Below, in pieces: positions 19,269-31,204 of a DNA stretch of 64,000 bases. A program made the translations under genes and the position numbers. The DNA lies in the NCBI GenBank assembly GCA_963760795.1, contig CAVXEP010000029.1, positions 384,001 to 448,000 of the forward strand, read 5' to 3'. The notes beneath the pieces were generated by a model. That model was not told where the DNA came from. It did not search any database and saw only the letters and a list, made by a program, of their open reading frames with translations. Source of the DNA: an uncultured delta proteobacterium (GTDB lineage: Bacteria; Desulfobacterota; Binatia; UBA9968). The stretch's first letter is position 1, and each line of letters begins with the position of its first letter.

Positions 19269-19982
19269 CTAAAGAACGGCCATTAGCACCAGAGTCAGCG
19301 CTTCGCCGAGATCGGTGACCGCGCCAAAGTTGTTTTGCGTGAGGATCGCATGACGGCGATGGAGCAGCGCGCGACTCAGCAGCGCCAGCAGCGACAAGGC
19401 CAAGCCGATCCACAAAGCTTCGCGGCCTAGCAGGTAGGTTGCCAAGACTAACGTGATGAGTGTCGTGACCGCAAGGTGCCATAGTTTGGTATTCTCAGCG
19501 ATCGACCGCATGGTCTCCTCACAGCGGTCGTGGTAACCGTAGAGCAGCACCACCAAGGCCCAACGCGCCAGCCCAGGCGCGAGAAAGATATTGGCAGTCA
19601 CTTTGTCGTCCATGATGTCGATGGAGTGGACTTTGAGCAGGGTAACGACGATGATCGCGGCGAAGCCGAAAATCTCCCCGCCACGGTCATGAACCGCCCC
19701 GGTTGGCCACTGCATGGAATCGAAAGTGCTCTTGGTCCCGGCCAAGGGCATGGCGCCGGTGGCGACGATCAAAAGCGCGATCACCACTACGCTGAGAATT
19801 TCCGAATCGACGTACAAAGCGAGTAAGTAGTTGATCGCCGCCAAAACGACACCAATCGTTAAGCCAACTAACGGAAACCATAGGGGGGCGTTGCCGAATC
19901 CCGCAGGATCGCTTGCCGGCGCGCGCCAACGGCCCAAAATCGTTAAGTATTCGAACGCTGTGACGAGGCTTTGCACGGCCAC
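19269..19982 (-). CDS. cobS: CobS-like membrane protein (cobalamin synthase fold, conserved motifs degenerate)
   Basis: AFEYLTIL, WFPLVG, ARWA and multi-TM layout; lacks HLDGLAD, DSRIG and TGD motifs. Confidence 0.75.
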   Translation of the reverse strand: MAVQSLVTAFEYLTILGRWRAPASDPAGFGNAPLWFPLVGLTIGVVLAAINYLLALYVDSEILSVVVIALLIVATGAMPLAGTKSTFDSMQWPTGAVHDRGGEIFGFAAIIVVTLLKVHSIDIMDDKVTANIFLAPGLARWALVVLLYGYHDRCEETMRSIAENTKLWHLAVTTLITLVLATYLLGREALWIGLALSLLALLSRALLHRRHAILTQNNFGAVTDLGEALTLVLMAVL

Positions 19983-20117
19983 TGTTGTCGCTTAGTGAGG
20001 TCATAGAGTCAACCGACCAAAGGGCAAAAAGCCGAGCGCTTGCACGGCAATTCCGCAAAGGCCCGAAATATTCAAATAATTGCTTGGTAATTCAATGCTT
20101 TATAGCTCTTTTAGCGC

Positions 20118-20146
20118 TTTACTTTTGCGCTCCTTTCCGGTACTAT
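20118..20146 (+). promoter_or_regulatory. Putative gyrB promoter
   Basis: TTTACT-N17-TACTAT in AT-rich intergenic region. Confidence 0.55.
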
Positions 20147-20205
20147 TTTGGTTAGCTGAAACTCTGTCTAACTCCAGAACTTTTCTAGCAAATTTCAAAA
20201 TTTAG

Positions 20206-22659
<2,454 letters not shown>

Positions 22660-22736
22660 TGCGCCGTTGGCGGTGTTGGCAACCTGGCCGGCGCCGCACC
22701 GAGAAATAATTCACCTAGCAGATTGGCGAGCGATTC

Positions 22737-25196
22737 ATGGAAGCTACTATCAAACCGCAAAAGGTTCCGGTCTACATCGAAGAAGAGATGCGCGAATCGT
22801 TCATGGCCTACGCCATGAGCGTCATCATCAGCCGGGCTCTGCCGGATGTGCGCGACGGCTTGAAGCCGGTGCATCGGCGCGTGCTCTACGCCATGTACGA
22901 CGCCAGCAATACTTCTGATAAGCCCTACAAGAAATCCGCCCGTCTGGTCGGCGATATCATGGGTAAGTACCATCCCCATGGCGACACGGCGATCTACGAC
23001 ACTGTGGTACGCATGGCCCAGGACTTCAACCTGCGCTATCCGCTGGTCGACGGCCAGGGTAATTTTGGTTCCATTGACGGCGATAATCCGGCGGCCATGC
23101 GTTACACCGAGATCCGCATGACCCTGTTGGCCGAGGAGATGCTCGCCGACATCGAAAAAGACACCGTTGAATTCGCCCCCAACTACGACGATTCGCTCAA
23201 AGAACCGTCGGTGCTGCCGTCGCGGATTCCCAATCTGTTGATTAACGGCTCGGCCGGCATCGCGGTTGGCATGGCGACCAATATTCCACCGCATAATCTG
23301 AGCGAAGTGATCGATGCCTTGGTGGCGCTGGTGGATAACCCCGAGATGACGATCAAGCAGTTGATACGCCATATCCCCGGACCGGATTTTCCCACCGGCG
23401 GATTTATTCATGGCCGCGAGCCGATCATTCGCGCCTACCATGAGGGCAAGGGCATCATTCAAATGCGCGGCAAGGCGTTTACCGAAACGGTCAAGCGCAC
23501 CGGCAAAGAACAGATCATCATCGGGGAAATTCCCTATCAGGTGAACAAGAAGCGGTTGATCGAACAGATCGCCGAACTGGTCAACGAGAAAAAGATCGAA
23601 GGCATCGGCGATCTGCGCGACGAATCGGACCGCGACGGGATGCGCATCGTCATCGAGCTCAAGCGCGACGCGGTGGCCGAAATCGTCATCAACCAGCTGC
23701 ACAAGCATACCCAACTGCAGGATTCTTTCGGCATGAACATGCTCGCCATCGTCGATGGCAAGCCTAAGCTGCTAACTCTCAAGGAGGCGCTGAAATGCTT
23801 CCTCGATCACCGCAAGGAAGTAGTGACCCGGCGCACCGCCTACGATCTGCGCAAGGCCGAAGAGCGGCTGCATATCTTGGAAGGGTTTCGCATCGCGCTC
23901 GACAACCTCGATGCGGTGATCGCGCTGATTCGCAATTCCGCCGACGGCAAAGAAGCCAAAGAAGGGTTGATGAGCAATTTCGCGTTGAGCGAATTGCAGG
24001 CCCAGGCGATCCTCGACCTGCGCTTGCAGCGCTTGACCGGCTTGGAGCGCGACAAGATCATGGACGAGCACCGCGAGACCGTCGCGCTGATCGCCAAGCT
24101 GCGGGCGATCCTCGCCGACGAGAAAGAGATCTACAAAATCATCGTCGGCGAGCTCAAAGAGATCAAGAAGCAGTATGGTGACGAGCGCCGCACCCAGATC
24201 GTCGATCACTCCGATGATATTTCCATCGAGGACATGATCGTCGACGAAGACATGGCGGTTACGATCTCCCATGAGGGCTATATCAAGCGCAACCCGGTGA
24301 CTCTTTATCGGGCGCAGCGGCGCGGCGGCAAGGGCAAAATCGGCACGACCACCAAGGAAGAGGATTTTGTCGAATCGTTGTTCATCGCCTCGATGCATTC
24401 CTACATTCTGTTTTTCACCACCGTCGGCAAGGTCTATTGGATCAAGGTCCATGAGCTGCCGCAGGCGAGCCGGGCGGCGCGCGGCAAGCCGATCGTCAAT
24501 CTGCTCAATCTTGAGCCCGGTGAAAAAGTCTCGGCGTTTCTCTCGGTGCGCGAGTTTCAAGAAGGCCGCTTCATCATATTCGCCACCAAAAACGGCCTGA
24601 TCAAAAAGACCGAGCTGATGGCCTACGCCCATCCCCGGCCCAGTGGGATTCGCGCCATCGGACTCGAAGAACATGACGAGGTCATCGGCGTGCGTCTGAC
24701 CGACGGCCTGCAGGAGCTGATTCTTTCCACCGCCGAGGGACAGTCGATCCGTTTCAAGGAAGAGCAAGTGCGTTCCACCGGTCGCGGCACCTTCGGTGTC
24801 GTCGGCATGCGTCTGGACGAAGGCGATCATATTGTCAGCATGGAGATTCTCACTCGTGGCTTCGCGGTCTTGACGGTTTCTGAGGGCGGCTACGGCAAGC
24901 GCACCGAGATGGATGAATACCGGCTGCAATCGCGCGGCGGCAAGGGCATTATCACGATGAAGACTAGCGACCGCACCGGCCGGGTCGTTGGCGTGCAACA
25001 AGTCACCGAGGAGGACCAGCTCATGCTGGTCTCCAACATCGGTAAGATCATTCGCCTGCGTATCAAAGATATCCGCATCATCGGCCGCAACACCCAAGGC
25101 GTGCGCTTGATCGAACTCGAAGAAGGCGAGCGGCTGGTATCGCTGGCGCGGGTGGCGGAAAAAGAGGAAGAGGACGATGGCGATGGCGACGCCTAG
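22737..25196 (+). CDS. gyrA: DNA gyrase subunit A
   Basis: RDGLKPVHRR, YHPHGD, AAMRYTE, GyrA box QRRGGKG. Confidence 0.99.
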   Translation: MEATIKPQKVPVYIEEEMRESFMAYAMSVIISRALPDVRDGLKPVHRRVLYAMYDASNTSDKPYKKSARLVGDIMGKYHPHGDTAIYDTVVRMAQDFNLRYPLVDGQGNFGSIDGDNPAAMRYTEIRMTLLAEEMLADIEKDTVEFAPNYDDSLKEPSVLPSRIPNLLINGSAGIAVGMATNIPPHNLSEVIDALVALVDNPEMTIKQLIRHIPGPDFPTGGFIHGREPIIRAYHEGKGIIQMRGKAFTETVKRTGKEQIIIGEIPYQVNKKRLIEQIAELVNEKKIEGIGDLRDESDRDGMRIVIELKRDAVAEIVINQLHKHTQLQDSFGMNMLAIVDGKPKLLTLKEALKCFLDHRKEVVTRRTAYDLRKAEERLHILEGFRIALDNLDAVIALIRNSADGKEAKEGLMSNFALSELQAQAILDLRLQRLTGLERDKIMDEHRETVALIAKLRAILADEKEIYKIIVGELKEIKKQYGDERRTQIVDHSDDISIEDMIVDEDMAVTISHEGYIKRNPVTLYRAQRRGGKGKIGTTTKEEDFVESLFIASMHSYILFFTTVGKVYWIKVHELPQASRAARGKPIVNLLNLEPGEKVSAFLSVREFQEGRFIIFATKNGLIKKTELMAYAHPRPSGIRAIGLEEHDEVIGVRLTDGLQELILSTAEGQSIRFKEEQVRSTGRGTFGVVGMRLDEGDHIVSMEILTRGFAVLTVSEGGYGKRTEMDEYRLQSRGGKGIITMKTSDRTGRVVGVQQVTEEDQLMLVSNIGKIIRLRIKDIRIIGRNTQGVRLIELEEGERLVSLARVAEKEEEDDGDGDA

Positions 25197-25297
25197 GCGC
25201 GCAGTGCGTTTCGTGGCGATGCTCTTGACGAACAATCGTTGATCTATCGCGGTAACGAGTCGATTTCAGCCAACAATCATTTTTGTGTGGGTCGACC

Positions 25298-26305
25298 ATG
25301 GCTAGAGAGATTGGCGTTGTCGGTGCCGGCGGCTGGGGTACGGCGCTGGCCAAGGTGCTGGCTGACAAGGGCGAGCGGGTTACTCTGTGGTGCCATGGCA
25401 CCGCTAATTTTCGCGAACTGGCGGAAAAACGGCAGAACCTGACTTATCTTCCCGGCATTTTGCTCCCCGAAAGATTGGCTGTCACCCAGACGTTAAAAGA
25501 TGCGTTGGCCGACAAAGCGCTGGTGATTTGCGCCGTGCCATCCCATGCCGTGCGCGAAGTTTTCACCGACGCGGCGGCGTACTTCGATGGCCAAACGCTT
25601 TTGCTTTGTGGTACGAAGGGGCTCGAAGAGGCGACGCTGCACACCATGGCTGAGCTGTTCGCGGATATTCTCGGTGCCACCAGCAAGGGACGCCATGGCT
25701 TTCTTTCCGGGCCGACCTTTGCGCTCGAAGTTGCCCGCGGCCTGCCGGCCGCGGTGACAGTCGCTTCCACTTCAGAAAACGTGGCGCGCTCGATCCAAGA
25801 GATTCTCAGCACCGCCAGTCTGCGGGTTTATACCTCGCTCGATGTGGTCGGCGTGCAAATCGGCGGCGTGGTGAAAAATGTCATCGCCATCGCCGCCGGC
25901 ATTAGCGATGGTCTCGGCCTCGGCCAGAACGCCAGGGCGGCGTTGATCACCCGCGGTTTGGCGGAAATCACCCGTTTGGCAGTACGCATGGGTGCCGATC
26001 CGACGACCTTGGCGGGATTGCCAGGTTTGGGCGATTTAGTGCTGACCTGTACCGGTGACTTGAGCCGCAACCGCGCGGTCGGTTTGCAGATCGCCGCCGG
26101 CAAAAGTTTGCCGGAGATCACCGCATCGACTCGCACCGTGGCTGAAGGGGTGCGCAATACCCGCGCGCTGCACGCTTTGGCCCAGCGTTTGGCGGTGGAA
26201 ATGCCGATCGTCGAGCAGATGTACCAGGTGCTCTATGGCGCTAAGCGGCCGGCCGATGCCGCGCGCGATTTGATGCAACGGTCGCTAAAAGCCGAGGCCG
26301 GTTAA
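25298..26305 (+). CDS. gpsA: NAD(P)H-dependent glycerol-3-phosphate dehydrogenase
   Basis: GAGGWGTALA, LSGPTFA, KNVIAIAAG, GDLVLTC, SRN. Confidence 0.96.
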   Translation: MAREIGVVGAGGWGTALAKVLADKGERVTLWCHGTANFRELAEKRQNLTYLPGILLPERLAVTQTLKDALADKALVICAVPSHAVREVFTDAAAYFDGQTLLLCGTKGLEEATLHTMAELFADILGATSKGRHGFLSGPTFALEVARGLPAAVTVASTSENVARSIQEILSTASLRVYTSLDVVGVQIGGVVKNVIAIAAGISDGLGLGQNARAALITRGLAEITRLAVRMGADPTTLAGLPGLGDLVLTCTGDLSRNRAVGLQIAAGKSLPEITASTRTVAEGVRNTRALHALAQRLAVEMPIVEQMYQVLYGAKRPADAARDLMQRSLKAEAG

Positions 26306-26331
26306 AATTGACTTCGCCGGGACGGTATGAT

Positions 26332-26340
26332 TGATATAAT
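26332..26340 (+). promoter_or_regulatory. Extended -10 promoter of rpmH operon
   Basis: TG-A-TATAAT about 40 bp upstream of rpmH ATG. Confidence 0.65.
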
Positions 26341-26379
26341 CACTTGGCTGTGAAGCGGACCTGAAGGGGAAATAGTCTT

Positions 26380-26544
26380 ATGAGCAAAAGAACCTATCAA
26401 CCGAGCAATATTAAGCGAAAGCGCACCCACGGCTTTCTCGCACGCATGGCGACGCCGGGCGGACGCAATGTCATCAAACGGCGCCGCGCCAAGGGACGCA
26501 AAAAATTGACTGTGTCGGTGCCGCCCAAGCGGGCGCGCACGTAA
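26380..26544 (+). CDS. rpmH: 50S ribosomal protein L34 (not in ORF track)
   Basis: Own translation [43 protein letters not shown]..., 54 aa. Confidence 0.98.
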   Translation: MSKRTYQPSNIKRKRTHGFLARMATPGGRNVIKRRRAKGRKKLTVSVPPKRART

Positions 26545-26559
26545 CCACGGGGCAAGGCG

Positions 26560-26919
26560 CTGAAGGATAATCAAGCGTTCCCGAAGTCCGCCCGCCTGAG
26601 AAAACGAAGCGAATTTTTGCGATTATCGCGATCCGGTTACAAGATCCATTCCGCAAACTTTGTCGTTATCCGCAAAACTAGCGATCATGCCGAGTCCCGC
26701 GTGGGTATCACCGTTAGCGGTAAGGTTGGCAACTCAGTGATCCGCAATCGGATCAAACGGCAAGTGCGGGAGTTTTTCCGCCGCTGCCGCGCGGCATTGC
26801 CGCATGGAGTGGATTTTCTCGTCATCGCGCGTAAAAGCGCGGTGAACCTGCCGTCGCGTATGCTCGACGCCGAATTGGCCAAAAGTTTTTCGCCGCCGCG
26901 CGGGCGCCGGATGGTATAA
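26560..26919 (+). CDS. rnpA: Ribonuclease P protein component (probable CTG start)
   Basis: FPKSARLRKRSEF upstream of ORF-track start; RVGITVSGKVGNSVIRNRIKR RNR motif. Confidence 0.92.
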   Translation: MKDNQAFPKSARLRKRSEFLRLSRSGYKIHSANFVVIRKTSDHAESRVGITVSGKVGNSVIRNRIKRQVREFFRRCRAALPHGVDFLVIARKSAVNLPSRMLDAELAKSFSPPRGRRMV

Positions 26920-26923
26920 CCGC

Positions 26924-27136
26924 ATGATCCGCTGGTTATTGATCTTGCCGATTCGCGCCTATCGCCTGTCGGTCTCGCCCTGGTTGCCGCCCGCTTGCCG
27001 GTTTTACCCGAGTTGCTCGGCCTACGCTCAAACGGCAATTCACCGTCACGGTGCGGTCAAAGGTCTGCTCTACACTCTATGGCGTTTCTGCCGCTGCCAC
27101 CCTTTAAGCGCCGGCGGATACGATCCGGTCAGTTGA
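26924..27136 (+). CDS. yidD: Membrane protein insertion efficiency factor
   Basis: CRFYPSCSAY, RCHP, GGYDPV. Confidence 0.96.
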   Translation: MIRWLLILPIRAYRLSVSPWLPPACRFYPSCSAYAQTAIHRHGAVKGLLYTLWRFCRCHPLSAGGYDPVS

Positions 27137-27145
27137 ACATACTCA

Positions 27146-28790
27146 ATGGATAAACGCGCACTCATCGGCATAGCTTTATCGGTCCTGGTATTGGTCGGTT
27201 ACCAAGAATTTATTAGCCGCTATTATGGCCCGCCGCCGACAGTTCAGTCGCCGGTCGCGGAAAAGATGGAAGCCGCTCCGTCGGGCAACACCGCGGCGCC
27301 ATCTGGAGTCACTCCCGCAGCGCCGACCGCGGTCCCGTCGCAAGTTGCGCCGGTTATCGCGCCGCCTAGCCAAACGGCTCGAAATATTCAGGTTGAAACC
27401 GATAACTACATCGCCGTTTTCACCAGCCACGGCGCGCGTCTGAAAAGCTTTCAGTTCAAAAACTATCGCGCCAGCGCGGATCCTAAAAGCCCGCTCCAGG
27501 AAATAATTACGACAGCGAAAGATGTGCCGTTGCCTCTCGGTGTGCGCTGGCAGGCGCCGGCGCCATTCGATGACGCAGGGTTGTCTTACTCCGTTCAGGG
27601 CGCCGATCTTAAACTCACAGGCGACGCCAAGGGCACCTTGGTATTTCAAGGCCAGACCGCCGATGGCGTGACGATTAGCAAGTCTTTGACATTTACCGGC
27701 AATCTTTATCCGATCCAGTTCGATGTTGCCGTCCAGTCCGCCGCGGCCACTGCGCCGGTTCCAGAAGTTTTTTTGACCGACAAAAGCGATCATACCGTGG
27801 TCAATCCCGGCGCGCCGTTCGAAGGCTTCGTCGCCTTAGTCGATAACAAGATCAAGCGCGAGGCGACGGTGGACGCGAGTAAGGGACATGAGTTTAGCGG
27901 CGACGTCGCCTGGGCCGGTTTCGGCCACACTTATTTTTTCGTTGCTTTGATGCCGGAAAATGGCGCCGGGCACAAAGTTTCGGTGCGGCAAAATGGCGCC
28001 GCGCTCGTCGCTTCGCTGAGCGGACCGGCGGCCGGCGGCCGCTATCGTCTGTTCATCGGACCCAAAGAACTCGAACTCCTAAAGTCGGTGGGCAAGGACA
28101 TCGATCGCGCCATCGACCACGGCTATTTCGGCTTCGTCTCGGTGCCGCTGCTCTACGTGCTCCACTTCTTTCACCGTTTCACCGGCAGTTATGGCGCTCG
28201 ACATCATTATACTGACGGTGCTGATCAAGCTGATCATGTGGCCGTTGACGCATAAGAGCTTTAGCTCCATGAAGTCGATGCAGAAGCTCGGGCCGCAGAT
28301 GGAAAAGCTCAAAGAACGCTTCGCCAACGACAAAGAGAAACTCAATAAAGAGATCATGGATCTGTACAAGCGCAACGGTGTCAATCCGTTGGGCGGCTGC
28401 TTGCCGATGGTGCTGCAATTTCCGGTCTTCATCGGTCTGTACAACGCGCTCAGCACGCCCATCGAGCTGCGCCATGCGCCGTTTATGTGGATTCAAGATT
28501 TGTCGCGGCCCGACTGGGAGGCGCTGCAGTTTGCAGTTCCCGGCTGGTGGCCTTCGCTCTTGCCGTCCGGCATTCCGATTCTCACCATCGTCATGGGCGC
28601 CACCATGTTTATCCAACAATGGATGACGCCGTCGGCGGGCGATCCCAACCAGCGAAGAATGATGATGTTGATGCCGCTCATGTTTACCTTCATGTTCGTG
28701 TCGTTTCCCGCCGGCTTGACCGTTTACTGGCTGGTGAACAACGTGCTGAGCATCGCGCAGCAGTACTGGATCAACCGCAGCGATAAGTAG
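27146..28790 (+). CDS. yidC: Membrane protein insertase YidC (one extra base near 28196)
   Basis: N-terminal TM + periplasmic domain, GPK; second frame SMKSMQKL, NPLGGCLP, ELRHAPF, WIQDLS, GLTVYW. Confidence 0.93.
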
Positions 28791-28806
28791 CCGAGGAAGG
28801 TCAGTT

Positions 28807-29937
28807 ATGGATTTCGTCGAAACCGAAGGCGATAACATCGACGCCGCCATCGAAAACGCGCTGAAGGCGCTCGGCGTCGGGCGCGAAAAGATCACCGTCG
28901 ATATCATTTCCGAAGGACGCAAGGGAATACTCGGGTTTGGCGCGCAGAAAGCGAAAGTTCGTGCCTCGCTGCGCAAGCTCAATCTCGAACCCGACCCGGC
29001 GCCAGCCAAGCCCCAGGCCGCGCAAGTCCAGCAGGCTCCGGCAAGAGCAGCGGAGCCCAGACCGCGGCCGCCAGAGCGGCGCCCGGCCGAACCGCGCCGA
29101 GCGGAACCACCAAGAGCCGAGCCACGCGCCAGGGCGCCGGAACCTAGACCGCGAGCGCCTGAGCCGCGTCCCCGACCTGAACCGCGTCCAGCCCCGGCTC
29201 CGACGCCCGGTCCGCCAGCGGAGCCGCGCGCTGCCGACGCGCCGCCGCCGCTGACACCAGCGGAGGTCGCGGCGATGGTCGCAAAGGCGAAGACGGCGCT
29301 GGTTGAGATTCTAAATTTAATGGGCATGAACGCGACGGTGGCAGAGAAAGCCGGCGTCGACAGCGAGGAAACGATCCTCGAGGTCAAGAGCGATAACAGC
29401 GGCTTGATCATTGGCCGCAAGGGACAGACTTTAGAAGCGTTGCAATACCTGATCACCCGCATCGCCGGCGAACGGCCCGGCAATGAAGCGCCGCATGTCG
29501 TCATCGATATCGAGAACTACCACGAGCGCCGGCGCCAGACCTTGCAAGACATGGCGCTGCGCTTGGGCGAGAAGGCCAAACGCCAGCGCAAGACTGTCAC
29601 CATCGACGCGCTCAGCGCGGCGGACCGCAAGGTCGTTCATGCGGCGCTGCAAGACGATCCTTGGTTGACCACGCGCAGTCTCGGCCAGGGCGCCTATCGC
29701 CGCTTGCTGATCATTCCCGAGGGTGATCGTAAAATTAAAGATGAAGGCCCTGCACCGGCGCAAGAGCGCGAGGGCGGACGGCCGCAGAGAAGCAACCGGC
29801 CTAACCCGCCGCTTGCCGCGATGGATGACCGCCGGGCACCAACGCGCCAAGGCGGAAATCAAGAAAGACCGGAAGGTGTTATCACAGAGGACACCGAGAT
29901 CACCGCCAACAAGGACGACTCGGAATCGAATAGTTGA
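28807..29937 (+). CDS. jag: Jag/EloR (KhpB) RNA-binding protein with Pro/Arg/Glu low-complexity linker
   Basis: Jag_N (KGILGFG), KH (LIIGRKGQTLEALQY), R3H (RKVVH). Confidence 0.93.
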   Translation: MDFVETEGDNIDAAIENALKALGVGREKITVDIISEGRKGILGFGAQKAKVRASLRKLNLEPDPAPAKPQAAQVQQAPARAAEPRPRPPERRPAEPRRAEPPRAEPRARAPEPRPRAPEPRPRPEPRPAPAPTPGPPAEPRAADAPPPLTPAEVAAMVAKAKTALVEILNLMGMNATVAEKAGVDSEETILEVKSDNSGLIIGRKGQTLEALQYLITRIAGERPGNEAPHVVIDIENYHERRRQTLQDMALRLGEKAKRQRKTVTIDALSAADRKVVHAALQDDPWLTTRSLGQGAYRRLLIIPEGDRKIKDEGPAPAQEREGGRPQRSNRPNPPLAAMDDRRAPTRQGGNQERPEGVITEDTEITANKDDSESNS

Positions 29938-30027
29938 CCATAAATATCGTATTCGCACTGCCGACGGCAACGTCAGCCATCGGCCGAGGACAACAGCAGT
30001 TCCTCGCTTCAGAATAAAATAGTTTAG

Positions 30028-30056
30028 TTGACCCTAGGGACTCGGTTCTCTATAGT
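30028..30056 (+). promoter_or_regulatory. Sigma70 promoter predicting leaderless ispG mRNA
   Basis: TTGACC-N17-TATAGT; +1 falls on ATG 30063. Confidence 0.7.
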
Positions 30057-30062
30057 TGAGCC

Positions 30063-31160
30063 ATGATTGAACGGCGCAAGACCAGGCAGATTGAGCTGGG
30101 CAATGTGAAAGTCGGCGGCGACGCGCCGATCACGGTCCAGTCGATGACCAAGACCGACACCCGCGACGTGCGCGCCACGGTGCAGCAGATCTGGTCCTTG
30201 GAAGCGGCCGGTTGCGAAATCGTCCGCTGTGCCGTGCCGGTGCGCGAAGCGGCCGAGCAACTCGGTGAGATCAAGAAAAAAATCCGCATTCCGTTGGTCG
30301 CCGACATCCATTTCAATTACAAACTGGCGTTGATCGCCATCGAGCAGGGCGTCGACGGCCTGCGCCTCAATCCCGGCAATATCGGCGCGCGCAAATATGT
30401 CGAAGAAGTGGTCAAGGCCGCGTCGGAGCGCAAGATTCCCATCCGCATCGGCGTCAACGCCGGCTCACTGGAAAAAGATTTACTGCAAAAGTATAACGGC
30501 CCGACGGCCGCGGGCATGGTCGAGAGCGGGCTGCGCCATATTCATATTCTCGAAGATGTCGGTTATTCCGAGATCAAGATTTCTCTCAAAGCTTCCGATC
30601 CGCTGATGATGATCGAAGCCTATCGCATGCTCGCCGACCAGGTGAACTATGCGTTTCATCTCGGCGTGACCGAGGCGGGGACACCGGGCATCGGCACGAT
30701 CAAATCTGCCGTCGGCTTAGGCACGCTCTTGGCCGAAGGCATCGGCGACACCATTCGCGTGTCGTTGGCGGCTGACCCGGTGGAAGAAGTGCGGGTCGGT
30801 TTGGAGATCTTGAAGGCGCTCAAGCTGCGCAAGGACGGCATGACCTTTGTCGCTTGTCCTTCCTGCGGCCGCGCCGATGTCGATCTCGTGTCGCTGGCGA
30901 AGGCGGTGGAAGAGCGCATGCTGCCGTACAGCAATCAAAATATCCACGTCGCGGTGATGGGCTGCGAAGTCAACGGTCCGGGCGAAGCGCGGGCGGCGGA
31001 TCTCGGCGTCGCCGGCGGCAAGGGCATCGGTCTGATCTTCAAGCGCGGCGAAGTCATTCGCAAAGTTCCCGAAGCGCAAATCGTCGATGCGCTGATGGAA
31101 GAAGTCGAAAAGCTCGTCGCGGAAAAAGCCGCTGAAGCCTCGACGGCGGCACTCGACTGA
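30063..31160 (+). CDS. ispG: HMBPP synthase (GcpE)
   Basis: VQSMT, PLVADIHF, RLNPGN, HLGVTEAG, CPSCGR, MGCEVNGPGE. Confidence 0.98.
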   Translation: MIERRKTRQIELGNVKVGGDAPITVQSMTKTDTRDVRATVQQIWSLEAAGCEIVRCAVPVREAAEQLGEIKKKIRIPLVADIHFNYKLALIAIEQGVDGLRLNPGNIGARKYVEEVVKAASERKIPIRIGVNAGSLEKDLLQKYNGPTAAGMVESGLRHIHILEDVGYSEIKISLKASDPLMMIEAYRMLADQVNYAFHLGVTEAGTPGIGTIKSAVGLGTLLAEGIGDTIRVSLAADPVEEVRVGLEILKALKLRKDGMTFVACPSCGRADVDLVSLAKAVEERMLPYSNQNIHVAVMGCEVNGPGEARAADLGVAGGKGIGLIFKRGEVIRKVPEAQIVDALMEEVEKLVAEKAAEASTAALD

Positions 31161-31204
31161 TCTTTCCTGTCTCGCTCGATATTGCCATTTTTGATTGAAT
31201 TACT

